Of a stretch of DNA of 64,000 bases, positions 48,616 through 59,900 are shown piece after piece. Within the stretch, counting starts at the first letter, position 1; each line of letters starts with the position of its first letter. The DNA comes from an uncultured Bacteroidales bacterium (lineage in GTDB: Bacteria > Bacteroidota > Bacteroidia > Bacteroidales > CAYTAU01), in NCBI GenBank assembly GCA_964435855.1, contig CAYTAU010000006.1, positions 2,622 to 66,621 on the forward strand, written 5' to 3'. The notes below the pieces were generated by a model. It searched no databases and was not told where the DNA came from. It saw only the letters and a list, made by a program, of their open reading frames with translations. Made by a program: the position numbers and the translations under genes.

Positions 48616-49125
48616 TTATATTTTAATTATTCTAAATGATTCTCTTTTCTGCTTGCTAGTGGGTACGGAATCATTATTTACAGTAATTTTCACAACATAT
48701 ATTCCTTTTGACAAATCGCTCATGTTAATTTTATAATAATCTGTACTATATGTCATTATAGCATTGATCTTATTTCCAACAATATTTATAATTTCAATAT
48801 TAAGGTCTAATTTTTTTTCACTTTCAACATAGATATATAAGTTATCTTTAACAGGATTAGGAAATAATGTAAAGTCAACATTATCAATAACTTTTTTAAT
48901 AAAATTTCCATTGTTGTAATCAGGTTGCTGAAAGCCTTGTGAAATAGTATTATTGCCGGAATTTATTGTTTTAACTGCAAGTTCACCTAATGTCCATGAT
49001 AATTTATTATTGCTATCGTAAAAATTATTTCCGCTTGGTGAAACAACTGAAGGGTAAATTGATTGACCATATACATAGAATAATGATGAAACAATTATAA
49101 TAAATGTGATAAAAATATTCTTCAT
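48616..49125 (-). CDS. small T9SS type-A CTD protein
   Basis: Signal peptide, the LSWTLGE...SQGFQQP motif and a CTD (LFPNPVKDNLYIYV...GIYVVKITV). Confidence 0.65.
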   Translation of the reverse strand: MKNIFITFIIIVSSLFYVYGQSIYPSVVSPSGNNFYDSNNKLSWTLGELAVKTINSGNNTISQGFQQPDYNNGNFIKKVIDNVDFTLFPNPVKDNLYIYVESEKKLDLNIEIINIVGNKINAIMTYSTDYYKINMSDLSKGIYVVKITVNNDSVPTSKQKRESFRIIKI

Positions 49126-49481
49126 AATACGCTGTTATTCTTGATTAAATAATCACTACAAGCTTGTATAAAAATCAATAATTAAATATATAAAATTAAC
49201 AAATATATTCATGAAACACAAGACATATAAATATTTTTTTCAAAATAATCTATTTGACTAATCGTTATCAGCTTAATAAATAATAGATATAATCGACAAT
49301 CTTTATGTCAAATTGAAGATTTAAAATGGAAAATGTCAAATTTTATCTTGAGAATTCCTGATAGATAATTATGAAAAAAAAACTTATTGTCCAACTTAGT
49401 TATATTAAAAATTGAAAATGGCTTGCATGCACTAAATAATACATTTTCCATTTAACATTTACAATTATAAATTTGACATTT

Positions 49482-51104
49482 CTATTTGGTATACGGTTCC
49501 CAGTCGCCAAAATACTCAATTACCACATTTGTTTTGGGGTCGCATGTCCAAAACTCATTTGAATTATAAGTCCATTTCATTGTCTTTGAACCTCCACCGC
49601 TTTGTGTTGTAATGCAATAATTATTTGATAATGATCCAAAATAATTAGCTTGTTCACCAGGCATGCTCCTATCACCACCACTTGGGTCAACAGGTATCCA
49701 ACCATAATTAGGCAAATAGATCTCTGTCCAACGATGAAAAACATCATCCATACTTTTATCATCACCTCGCAGAGAAACAGAACCAACGTATCTGGCAGGA
49801 ATACCGGCAGCTCTGCACATTGATATAAATACAAATGCATACTCAGAACAAGAGCCATTGCCACGTTCCAATACAGTTGGTGCTGTGTTCCAACCTCCAA
49901 GCATTTCATAATACATATTGTCTATCAGGTAATTAAATATTTTACGAGCTGTCCAATAAGGATTATCTTCCTTATCAATAATTTTGCTTAAAGCATTCTT
50001 GATAACCGGATCATCATACTGATACTTTTCATTATTTTCTAAATAAATAGATTTTACCTTTTCGGGAATATCTTCAAAACTGCCAACATTCTCAGGGTAA
50101 ATAAAATATCTGATATTCCACGATGTAACATCAACTTTCATACTTGCTTCAAAAGAATTTCCACTTTTAATATCATTTTTATGAAAATGAGCTGTTTTCT
50201 GCCCCCATTTGTCGGTAACTTTATCTGTTAAATTTGATGAAAATGAAATATTATTTATCTTCTGATTAGGTCTGTCAACCGGTATTGCCAAATGAGCATC
50301 AAGGGTTTTTACGCTGCCGGGTCCAAAATTTGTGGTTAAGTGAGAATAATTAAGAATAGCTCTTCTTTCGTTGTACAACTGATGTGTTTCTTTATCGCGA
50401 ATTTTGAGTTTATATATTTTATTATCCTCATAATCTACATTCCAAATGGCTTCACCGTCATAACATAGTCCTCTGCTGTAATTACCTGGAGCATCAGCAA
50501 CTATTATAACACAACCTGATTTTGGGTCAATCATATAAATCTTATTTGATGACCTGTCTGAAACCCATAAATATTTACCATCAAATGTCAATCCCTGTGG
50601 ATTGTATGATGGAGACTTAATTGTTTTTATAGTAGTACCATCACTAGGATCAAATTGTATTATCTCATAGCTTCGACTATCTGTACACCACAAATATTTA
50701 CCATCCCAGGTTAAGCCAATTGGTTTATTTGTAGGAGCCTGAATTGTATGCAGTATTCTTCCGTTTTTCGGGTCAATCTTATATATTTTACCATTATAAT
50801 TTTCTGCCAAAGGAATTCCTCCTTTTACATCAATATTCCACAATGATGTACCATCCCAGGTTAAACCCATTGGCCAATAAGCAGGAGAAGATATTGCCCT
50901 GACAACTCTCCCTGTCTCTTTATTAATACAATACAAAGAATCTGTTTTCCTGTCTGCAAGCCATAAATTTTCTCCATCAAAAGTTAAACCTGTTGAAAAC
51001 AAGCCTGGAGTATTTATAGATTTTTCAATTTCACCTGTATAGGCGCTAATTTTAATACTTGAAAACAATAAAACAATACTGAATAATATTAAAGTCTTTT
51101 TCAT
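49482..51104 (-). CDS. secreted beta-propeller / transglutaminase-like fusion protein
   Basis: Five units of about 45 aa with the pattern P.GLTWDGK.LW..D....IY.IDP..G. The C-terminal transglutaminase core has Cys-His-Asp: GNGSCSEYAFVFISMCRAAGIPARYVG, HRWTEIY and GWIPVDPS. Confidence 0.75.
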   Translation of the reverse strand: MKKTLILFSIVLLFSSIKISAYTGEIEKSINTPGLFSTGLTFDGENLWLADRKTDSLYCINKETGRVVRAISSPAYWPMGLTWDGTSLWNIDVKGGIPLAENYNGKIYKIDPKNGRILHTIQAPTNKPIGLTWDGKYLWCTDSRSYEIIQFDPSDGTTIKTIKSPSYNPQGLTFDGKYLWVSDRSSNKIYMIDPKSGCVIIVADAPGNYSRGLCYDGEAIWNVDYEDNKIYKLKIRDKETHQLYNERRAILNYSHLTTNFGPGSVKTLDAHLAIPVDRPNQKINNISFSSNLTDKVTDKWGQKTAHFHKNDIKSGNSFEASMKVDVTSWNIRYFIYPENVGSFEDIPEKVKSIYLENNEKYQYDDPVIKNALSKIIDKEDNPYWTARKIFNYLIDNMYYEMLGGWNTAPTVLERGNGSCSEYAFVFISMCRAAGIPARYVGSVSLRGDDKSMDDVFHRWTEIYLPNYGWIPVDPSGGDRSMPGEQANYFGSLSNNYCITTQSGGGSKTMKWTYNSNEFWTCDPKTNVVIEYFGDWEPYTK

Positions 51105-51114
51105 TTTTGTTGAT

Positions 51115-51957
51115 TTACTTATTAGTTTTTAAAATCTGATGATACTTTACCAATTCATCAATTGGAGAGTTAAGTACCATATCAATGTTAACATTATACT
51201 TATTTGCAGCTTGTTTAAGCTGCTTTTCAAAATAATATGCTATTGAGCCTGTTAATCTTAAATTTAAGGTCTGATAATCTTTAATTTTAACAATATGTTT
51301 ATCGAAAAATACTGTAAAGCTTTTTATCACTAAATCTTCAATAAAATTATTATGAATATTATCATTAATAAATTTGCTGAAACCTGCAAGATATCTGTTT
51401 GGAAATGGTTTCTTATAAACCGTTTCAAGAATTTCGTTCTTTTCAATTTTATATTCATTCTTAAATTTAGCGTGTATTTCTTCAGGTAGATCATTATATA
51501 AATATGCTTTTATCAATTCTTTTCCCAAATATGCCCCACTGCCTTCATCGCCTAGTATATATCCCAATGGAACACCTCTTTGTGTAATTTCATTTCCATT
51601 GTAATAACAAACATTCATACCTGTTCCCAGTATTGCTGCAATACCTTTATCATTTTTAAACAAAGCTCTTGCTGCTCCTGTCATATCATCATCAACAAAT
51701 ATTTTAGAATTTTGGAAAACCTTTAAAAGACCTTGTTTAATTTCCGATTTTTTATCTTTGTTAACACATCCTGCTCCATAAAAATAAACAGTATCTACAT
51801 TCGCCTTATTCTTAAAACCTTGTAATTCTTTTTCAATTTTATTTTTGCTTATGAAAAATGGGTTTAGCCCAATTGTAGATGTTTTTATAATCTCACCGGT
51901 CTCCTTAATTAATCTCCAGTCTGTTTTTGTTGAGCCACTATCAGCAATTAAAAGCAT
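51115..51957 (-). CDS. BadF/BadG/BcrA/BcrD-type ATPase, N-acetylglucosamine-kinase-like
   Basis: N-terminal LIADSGSTKTDW phosphate-1 motif and GTG/GDEGSG motifs. 280 aa. Confidence 0.6.
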   Translation of the reverse strand: MLLIADSGSTKTDWRLIKETGEIIKTSTIGLNPFFISKNKIEKELQGFKNKANVDTVYFYGAGCVNKDKKSEIKQGLLKVFQNSKIFVDDDMTGAARALFKNDKGIAAILGTGMNVCYYNGNEITQRGVPLGYILGDEGSGAYLGKELIKAYLYNDLPEEIHAKFKNEYKIEKNEILETVYKKPFPNRYLAGFSKFINDNIHNNFIEDLVIKSFTVFFDKHIVKIKDYQTLNLRLTGSIAYYFEKQLKQAANKYNVNIDMVLNSPIDELVKYHQILKTNK

Positions 51958-52185
51958 AATAAATATTTTTGGTTTTTTGGCAATCCAAAAATATACAAAA
52001 ATGGTTAATTTATATAATATTTGGTGATTTAAATATCAGAATTTGGGAATGCAATTTTAAATTAATTCTATCTGAATACAAATTTTCCTGAATACCTGTT
52101 TATATTGTATAAATTAAAATAAATTTTATTATTTTTGTAGAATTAAATGAAAAATTCTTAGTGATTTATAGAAATTTTAATTAAA

Positions 52186-52485
52186 ATGTATTTAGACGAT
52201 TATATAAATCAAATTAGAAAACTTTGTAGAAAATATAAGGTTAAACATCTTTTTGCTTTCGGTTCTGTTTTAACAGATAGGTTTTCTGATGAAAGCGACA
52301 TAGATTTACTGGTTGATATAAACTCTGACGATCCAATTGAATATGCAGAGAATTATTTTGATTTGAAATTTGAACTGCAAAAAATGTTAAAAAGGCAGAT
52401 TGACTTACTGGAAGAACGAGCTCTTAAAAATTCTTTTTTGAAACAAAATATCAACAATTCTAAAATTATAATTTATGAACATTGA
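52186..52485 (+). CDS. MNT-type nucleotidyltransferase antitoxin (MntA-like)
   Basis: FGSVLTDRFSDESDIDLLVD minimal nucleotidyltransferase motif. 99 aa. It overlaps the next ORF by 11 nt. Confidence 0.75.
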   Translation: MYLDDYINQIRKLCRKYKVKHLFAFGSVLTDRFSDESDIDLLVDINSDDPIEYAENYFDLKFELQKMLKRQIDLLEERALKNSFLKQNINNSKIIIYEH

Positions 52486-52819
52486 AATTAAAAGTTGGTT
52501 TGAAGATATTGAGCGTTCTATTCAAGAAATTTATGATTTCTTACCTGAAAAAAGAAATTATATTGAATTTGAATCAGATTTAAAAACACGAAAAGCTGTT
52601 GAAAGAAATATAGAAATAATTGGAGAAGCTATTAATAGAATTTTAAAAATAAATCCCGATATAGAAATCTCAGATTCACGTAAAATTGTTGATGCAAGAA
52701 ATCGGATTATTCACGGTTATGATAGTGTGTCAGCTGATATTTTATGGTTGATAATAAGTAAATACCTGCCAATACTTGAAAAAGATGTGAGTAAAATATT
52801 GAAAAAACAAAATATGTAG
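52475..52819 (+). CDS. HepT-like (DUF86) RNase toxin
   Basis: The RX4HXY motif is present as RNRIIHGY. 114 aa. It is paired with the MNT gene. Confidence 0.75.
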   Translation: MNIEIKSWFEDIERSIQEIYDFLPEKRNYIEFESDLKTRKAVERNIEIIGEAINRILKINPDIEISDSRKIVDARNRIIHGYDSVSADILWLIISKYLPILEKDVSKILKKQNM

Positions 52820-52847
52820 TGGTTTAATTATTAAGCAGAATAAGGTA

Positions 52848-53321
52848 TTGGTAATTTGTAAAATATCAATTATTTTTGTTTTAATTATTACTAAAAATCT
52901 ATTTTTGAAAACATTACTTACCATATTCTTTATTATTGTAATGCTCTTTTTATTAGGATGCAAAGATGACAATATTGATGCAGGAGCTAAAGGAACAATT
53001 AAAATTGGAGAAGGTAGTTGTGCACCGCCAATAGATTATTCTGCCAGATATTATTTTGATTACGACGGTATAGCTTATTTTGTTGATAAAACTTCATTAG
53101 ATTCATTGGGTGGTAGCAGTTACGACCAATTATTAAAGAACAGCGACAGTACAAATGTTGAAAACGGAAATTATATTGCTTCTCTTAGTGCAGGAACTTT
53201 TTATGTAATTCTAAAAGACAGGACATATACTAATGCTGACAATTACAACAGAGTTATAAACGTTTATTTTGAAAAAGTTACTGAACAAGATTTCGAATTT
53301 TGGAAATGTACTTCATATTAA
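52848..53321 (+). CDS. hypothetical lipoprotein
   Basis: Hydrophobic N-terminus with LLGCKDD lipobox. I recognise no motif and the start codon is uncertain. Confidence 0.4.
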   Translation: MVICKISIIFVLIITKNLFLKTLLTIFFIIVMLFLLGCKDDNIDAGAKGTIKIGEGSCAPPIDYSARYYFDYDGIAYFVDKTSLDSLGGSSYDQLLKNSDSTNVENGNYIASLSAGTFYVILKDRTYTNADNYNRVINVYFEKVTEQDFEFWKCTSY

Positions 53322-53516
53322 CTCTTGTTAGCGTTCACAAGGGATAATAAATTAAAATGACTAAAATACTTAAAATAAATCATAAACGAGAATATGAAAA
53401 ATTTAAAAATTGGCATCAAACAATTTAAACCCTTTGAACAGTACTAATTCTTCAATTATTTTTCTTATAGTTAAATCTTCTATATTTTTGCAAAGCTGAA
53501 AATAAATTTTAATAAA

Positions 53517-54653
53517 TTGAAAATTGCAGTAAATACAAGGCTTTTATTAAAAAACAAACTTGAAGGAATTGGATGGTTCACATTTGAGACTTTAAAACGA
53601 ATAACTCAACAACACCCTGAACATGAGTTTATTTTTATATTTGATCGCCCATATTCCGATGAATTTATTTTTTCCGATAACATTACCCCTGTTGTAACAG
53701 GTCCACAAGCACGTCATCCATTTTTGTTTTATTTATGGTTTGAGTTTTCTGTTACTAAAATATTGAAGAAATATAATATTGATATTTTCTTATCTCCCGA
53801 CGGATATATATCTCTTCGCACAAAAGTGCCAACTATTAATGTGATCCATGATATAAATTTTGAGCATTACCCACAATATCTGCCGTCTATAATGCGTAAA
53901 TATTACAGATACTATTTTCCGCGATTTGCAAAAAAAGCTAAAAGGATTGCAACAGTTTCTGAATATTCAAAACAAGATATTGCAAAACAATATTGTATTG
54001 ATACTAATAAAATAGATGTTACATATAATGGAGCAAACGAGAATTTCAAGCCTGTTGATGAAAACATTAAAAATGCTATAAAAAAACAATATAGTTCTAA
54101 CTGTTCATACTTCCTATTTGTTGGTTCATTGCACCCACGTAAAAATATTGAAAATCTGTTTAAAGCCTTTGACTTGTTTAAACAAAAAACGGACAATAAT
54201 TTTAAGTTATTGATAGTTGGCGAAAAATATTGGTGGAACGGTAAAATGCAGAACACATATAACAACTTGAAATTTAAAGATGAAATAATATTTACGGGGA
54301 GAATGAATTCCGATGAACTAAAAAACATCTACGCATCGGCGTTTGCTTTAACTTATGTTTCGATTTTCGAGGGTTTTGGAATTCCAATTCTTGAAGCAAT
54401 GTATTGCGATGTTCCTGTAATTACTTCAAATACTACCTCAATGCCTGAAGTTGGTGGTGATGCAGTACTTTATGCTGACCCATTTTCTATTCAGTCTATT
54501 TGTGATGCTATGGAAAAACTTTTTTCCGATAATGAGATAAGAATACAATTAATTGAAAAAGGAAAAGAAAGACGCAATATGTTTAACTGGCAAAAAACAG
54601 CTGATAAACTTTGGAATAGTGTTGAAAAATTGATTAAAGAAGTTAATCCTTAA
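53517..54653 (+). CDS. glycosyltransferase family 4 (GT-B fold)
   Basis: MKIAVNTRLL N-terminus and the EX7E region EGFGIPILEAM. It has a TTG start. Confidence 0.8.
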   Translation: MKIAVNTRLLLKNKLEGIGWFTFETLKRITQQHPEHEFIFIFDRPYSDEFIFSDNITPVVTGPQARHPFLFYLWFEFSVTKILKKYNIDIFLSPDGYISLRTKVPTINVIHDINFEHYPQYLPSIMRKYYRYYFPRFAKKAKRIATVSEYSKQDIAKQYCIDTNKIDVTYNGANENFKPVDENIKNAIKKQYSSNCSYFLFVGSLHPRKNIENLFKAFDLFKQKTDNNFKLLIVGEKYWWNGKMQNTYNNLKFKDEIIFTGRMNSDELKNIYASAFALTYVSIFEGFGIPILEAMYCDVPVITSNTTSMPEVGGDAVLYADPFSIQSICDAMEKLFSDNEIRIQLIEKGKERRNMFNWQKTADKLWNSVEKLIKEVNP

Positions 54654-55365
54654 TAGCTCTTGTAACAACTCTTTTGCCTTCCGGACCCGGTAATTCTTCG
54701 ATTTTAAAACCTGCTGCTTTCATAGCCCTCTTTACACTTCCTTTAGCAGAGTAGGTTGTTAATACTCCTTCAATATTCATTGCATTATAAATTTTTGCAA
54801 ACACTTCTTCTGTCCATAATTTTGCTTGTATATTAGGGGCAAATGCATCAAAATAAACAATATCAAAAGTTTCGACAGGTTTGTACTCTATAAGGTCTGT
54901 CTGAATTTTGGTTAAACTGAAATTGGGTAAAATATTAATGCCTCTCTCCCATTCTGCATTATGTAATTGCATATAAACATTGTAATAATCAGACTTTAAC
55001 TTATTGCAATAATTTAACTTTTCGTAAATACTTTTTTCAAGAGGATACTTTTCAATAGTTGTATACTTGATACGCTTGTTTAGATTTTCATTCTCAACAA
55101 TTGTAAGAAGGGCATTTAATCCTGTACCAAAACCAATATCAAGAATACTTATATTCTGGTTTTTTATAAATTTTAATCCGTAATTGATAAAAATATGCTG
55201 AGACTCTTGTATTGCACCGTAAACAGAATGATAATGTTCGTCTAATACAGGAACATAAATAGAATGTGAACCATCTTTAGTTATTATTATTTCGTTTTTC
55301 AAACCTTTTGTATTTCTGTTAAAACAAAAATACTTAATTTTATGACAAATAAAATTTAACAGCAT
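54643..55365 (-). CDS. MnmC-like SAM-dependent tRNA methyltransferase domain protein (DUF752)
   Basis: TKDGSHSIY..DEHYHS..GAIQESQHIFI, IGFGTGLNALL and YFDAFAPNIQAKLW motifs. The start is uncertain; the ORF is open to 55401. Confidence 0.65.
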   Translation of the reverse strand: MLLNFICHKIKYFCFNRNTKGLKNEIIITKDGSHSIYVPVLDEHYHSVYGAIQESQHIFINYGLKFIKNQNISILDIGFGTGLNALLTIVENENLNKRIKYTTIEKYPLEKSIYEKLNYCNKLKSDYYNVYMQLHNAEWERGINILPNFSLTKIQTDLIEYKPVETFDIVYFDAFAPNIQAKLWTEEVFAKIYNAMNIEGVLTTYSAKGSVKRAMKAAGFKIEELPGPEGKRVVTRAIKD

Positions 55366-56176
55366 GGCTTTTTGGAAAGATTTTGGTTTAGGCTTTAACA
55401 CCTACGGTAAAGCAATTAGTTTAATATTTAAAAAAGGACTTTGGTGGTTTTTCTTTTTCCCCATTGTTGTAAATATATTGCTGTTTTGGGGAGGATTAGA
55501 AGGAATTGGAGTTTTAATTGATTGGTTTAATGCAAAAGTTTTAGGCTGGACAAGTTTGGAAAGTGCAGATTTTTGGGGTTCGGGAGTTTTAAGCTACATA
55601 TTAACCTTTTTAATTGGCGGGATATTAAGGTTCTTGTTTTTTGCCTTTTTTACTTTTATTGGCGGATACATTGTTTTAATAATTATGTCGCCTATACTTG
55701 CCTATTTATCGGAGAAAACCGAAAAAATAATTACCGGAAACGATTATCCTTTTAGTGCATCACAGCTAATGCGGGATGTTGTACGTGGAGTATTAATTGC
55801 CATAAGGAACATGACAATTGAATTAGGCTGGATGCTTATATTTTTAATTATTGGGATTATTCCTCTTATTGGTTGGATCATTAGCTTATTTAGCCCTGTT
55901 CTTATGTTTTTTATTTCCTCATATTTCTATGGATTTTCCTTTATGGATTACAGTATTGAACGCCAAAAGTTAAACGTTAGAAAAAGCGTTCACCTTATTA
56001 GAAAACGAAAAGGTGTGGCAATTGCCAATGGTATGATATTTTCAATTTTTCTTATAATTCCGTTTTGTGGAGTATCGCTTGCAGGGTTTACTGCTATTAT
56101 TTCTACTGTAGCAGCATCAATTGCAATGACAGAAATTGTAAAACAGGAACAAATTAATGTTATTGTTAAAACTTAA
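55364..56176 (+). CDS. EI24/CysZ-family membrane protein
   Basis: MAFWKDFGLGFNTYGKAISLIFKKGLWWF N-terminus and about 5-6 TM segments, as I recall for EI24-domain proteins. Confidence 0.55.
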   Translation: MAFWKDFGLGFNTYGKAISLIFKKGLWWFFFFPIVVNILLFWGGLEGIGVLIDWFNAKVLGWTSLESADFWGSGVLSYILTFLIGGILRFLFFAFFTFIGGYIVLIIMSPILAYLSEKTEKIITGNDYPFSASQLMRDVVRGVLIAIRNMTIELGWMLIFLIIGIIPLIGWIISLFSPVLMFFISSYFYGFSFMDYSIERQKLNVRKSVHLIRKRKGVAIANGMIFSIFLIIPFCGVSLAGFTAIISTVAASIAMTEIVKQEQINVIVKT

Positions 56177-56201
56177 GTTGACAGTAGATAATTAACAATT
56201 G

Positions 56202-56936
56202 ATGAAGAAAGTAAAAATATCAATAGTTTCGTATTCTAATACAATTCCATTTGTGCATGGTCTTGAGAATTCCAATTGCTTAAGTCTTGACAGTTTTGAA
56301 CTTTCAAAAGATACTCCTGCCATTTGTTACGAAAAAATTAAAAACAATGAAGCTGATATTGGACTTATACCTGTTGCCACAATACCTACACTTAATAACG
56401 TTAAAATTATTTCTGACTACTGTATAGGAGCCGAAGGCAAAGTAAAATCGGTAATACTGGCAAGTCATGTCCCTTTAAAAGAAATTAAGCAAGTGTATCT
56501 CGATTATCAGTCTAAAACCTCAAATCAATTGGTGCAAACACTTGCCAGATTGCACTGGAAACAAAGCTTTGATTTCGTTTTTTCAAAACCCGGATACGAA
56601 AACTCTATTAATGGCAATAAAGCAGGCGTTATTATTGGTAACAGGGCTTTAGAAATGAGAGATAAATTCCCACATGTTTACGACCTTGCCGGCGAATGGT
56701 ACGATTTTACAGGCTTGCCTTTTGTGTTTGCCTGCTGGGTGCAAAACAAAGAAATCCCAACAGAATTTATCAATAATTTTAACAAAGCCTTGCAATTTGG
56801 TATTAGTAAAATTAATATGCTTACAGCTGATAATCCCACTCTAAACTCATATCTTACCAAAAACATTAACTACTTTCTTGATGAAAGAAAAAAAGAAGCA
56901 ATAAAATTGTTTTGGATGTTAAGTAAGAATACATAA
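56202..56936 (+). CDS. mqnA: MqnA-like menaquinone (futalosine pathway) biosynthesis protein
   Basis: N-terminal VKISIVSYSNTIPF motif, length of about 245 aa and ..LPFVFACW.., resembling chorismate dehydratase MqnA/DUF178. Confidence 0.55.
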   Translation: MKKVKISIVSYSNTIPFVHGLENSNCLSLDSFELSKDTPAICYEKIKNNEADIGLIPVATIPTLNNVKIISDYCIGAEGKVKSVILASHVPLKEIKQVYLDYQSKTSNQLVQTLARLHWKQSFDFVFSKPGYENSINGNKAGVIIGNRALEMRDKFPHVYDLAGEWYDFTGLPFVFACWVQNKEIPTEFINNFNKALQFGISKINMLTADNPTLNSYLTKNINYFLDERKKEAIKLFWMLSKNT

Positions 56937-56995
56937 ATCGGAATTTAAGTATTTACAAGCTTCAAATATTTCAGAATATACTTTTTACTATATTT

Positions 56996-59900
56996 TTATT
57001 GTTTTACGATCTTTTTAATTCCAATACCATTTTCAGATATTACCTGCAATAAATATGTGCCACTTGGCAAAGCAGAAGTAGAAAGAGAATGTCTTGTACC
57101 TGTTACATTTGTTTTAAATACTTCTTTTCCCAATAGGTCAATTATTCTTATTTCGTAAATCGCATGTTTTTCAAATACAAGCTCAATTTTTTCAGAGAAC
57201 GGATTAGGAAAAACCTTTAGTCCTATTTGATTTTCAATTTCATGAATTACTAATGGATAACCATGAATTATAGTATCAGAAATTGTAACAAATGTTGTAT
57301 TGGTAACTATCGGCAAATTATAGTCGAAATAAATATGTGCAGTATTTTCAATTGCTGTACCCATTGGAATTGAGTCGTAAGGTGCAATTTTAAACTTAAT
57401 AAAACCATGACTATTTGGCTCATTAGAGGTACTATCTTCCAAATTGATATTATTAAAAGTAAAAGTCAATATTGGGCTTCCTTGTCCTTTTACATCTAAA
57501 GTATAAGGATGAGAGCAAATTCCTTGTTGAAAAGTTGAAACATCAAGATGTGCAGAAAGTGTATCAATTACGACAACCGTGAATGCTGTATCGGAACCGG
57601 TATTCTGAAAACGAATTACATAATCGAGAACTGTTCCGGGCATTAAATAATTGTTAGCAGTTATTCCTTGCGGACTTACACTTTTATCGTTAGGGTCATA
57701 ACTATCAATTATTTCCATACAATCTATTTCAATTTCTGCATCTGCATCGTCCATCGGGAAAATATTAACAAATCCTGTACTATTATATGGATTACCACAA
57801 TTTTCAATAGTTTCGTTTGGATGACTATTGCCCGGATGCATAGGATGCTGGTCTGCTTCTAATCTATATGTTGCTCCGTCTGCTGGAATATCAATAATCA
57901 ATACTTCTTGTCCTAATAGCTGAAATGTATTTGTCAATACAAGAAGAGTATTCCTGTAGACTCTATATTCACTTGCTATTTGCATATCACCATTTCCTAA
58001 ATCTCCTGTGTTGGTTATTGTGAAACGAATAATAGTATCTCCAATACATTCGCCCTCTACCATTACCGAAGATTTATCCCAAGCATTATAAGCTGCGGTA
58101 TCCAGACTATTTACACAATCATTTGGAGGTGTTATCCATGCTTCTGTACATTGAGTTAAGCCTGTAATTCCGTTTATACATGCAACAGAGTCAATAATAT
58201 GAATATCCCCACAATCGCCATGTGCCAAAGTGCCTATATCAAATACGTAATTACCAAGGGTATCTATTGTATAAGGATAATTTGCACTTACAAAAATTAC
58301 ATAATCAGGAAATTGTACATATACCTCTACTCCACTTGCATCAGCATAACCATCATTACAATAATGGACATAAGTATTGTTTGTAAAACACCTTCTACGT
58401 CTGTTGCTGTTTATATCTATAGTTAAATATGGACAAGCAATAGCTTCATTATGAAAATCAATACCGGTAGTATCCATTCCTAAAGAATCGAAATGAACTG
58501 TATGATAATTTGGAATTGGACATAATGGATTTATAAATAATGAATTTGTTACAGGAATCACCTGTTCTACTTGGTATGTTCCGGTATCGGTTAAAATAGT
58601 AAAAGCTCCTGAGCTATCAGTTATGCCATAAAAATTATTTGGAACTGTTTTAACAATAAAGCCTTCCATTGCTTGTTCTGTTCCATCCATTATACAATTA
58701 TCATCTATCACTACTTTACCTGAAATAATATTTGGATTAGCAATAATAACAAATGTTTCGGGATCAAAATTCAAACGGATCATAGGAGTTGATGAATAAT
58801 TTCCGTACGAATAAAATTCTGATTCGGTTGCCATATACCACAATGTTGCCAAACTTACCTGCTTTGTAGTTATATCTTCACCAATATAAAAATCACCGCC
58901 ATTATAGTTCAAAACTTCAATCGCAACTATAAAATCTCCTTTCATTAAAAATTCTGAAAAACCATCTTTAACAAATGGTAATGTTAACCATGTACTGGTA
59001 TCCGTTTGTGTAATAGTATAAAAATCAGTAGTAAGTATTTCGCTGTATGAAAACCCATCATACATCCATATACTACCCCTGATTGTAGGAGCATTAGCAT
59101 TAACGCTGGTAGAAGGCTTAATGTACATAGATATTGAATTTGCTTCTGAATATAATCCGGTAGGATCCATTACTTCGTATCTTACACCAAAAAAATCACC
59201 ATCATTTCCTCCATTAACCCATGTTTGAGGACCAACACTTCCACTACCGGCAATTATACCATTATCACGTGCATAAACCGAGTCATTCACCGTAAAACTT
59301 GTATTAACAATATTATTTAATGGGTTTTCATCTGTTTCATCCATTTCTGCAATCCAGGTTACATCGTAAGTACCAAGATAACATGCAGCAAATGATGAAT
59401 CCAAACCTAAAGATGGAATATAAAAATCATCATTTAATAAATTAATAGTATCACGTGAAAGGCTATCTTCAATACCAATTGCTAATGCAGGCAGTAAAGA
59501 TACTGGAGATTCTGCATTACTACTTGCATTGAAAACAGGGACCCCATTTAATAGAACTTCAGTATTAAGAACAACATTATTGAGATCTTGTGCTCCATTG
59601 TTAAATACAGCTGCTTTCCAACCTATATATCCGTTCATTGCTTGAGCTTGAGGAATCTGGCTATATGAACCACTATTTAGTGTAAAAAAATTATTATAAT
59701 AATCTTCAATTACAAGATCAAATTGAGCTCCCTCAGTAATAGCAACATCATCAATCATCCAATAATAATGACTTAAACCTCTAATATGAAACCTAATATA
59801 TACCGTTGATTGATTTGCAGCAGCATTACTAATATTTAACGAAACATCTGTTACATCATTAGGCTGACTAGAGTTATTATTGATTTCTGCATAAGGTGAA

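Noticed and set aside
49323-49453. 13-bp perfect inverted repeat (aaatggaaaatgt / acattttccattt) flanking about 105 bp upstream of a T9SS gene, considered as an invertible promoter
   Set aside because: The inverted repeat is short for a Bacteroidota inverton. I could not find a convincing TAnnTTTG promoter inside the segment. No site-specific recombinase is encoded in the window. In AT-rich DNA such repeats can arise by chance.
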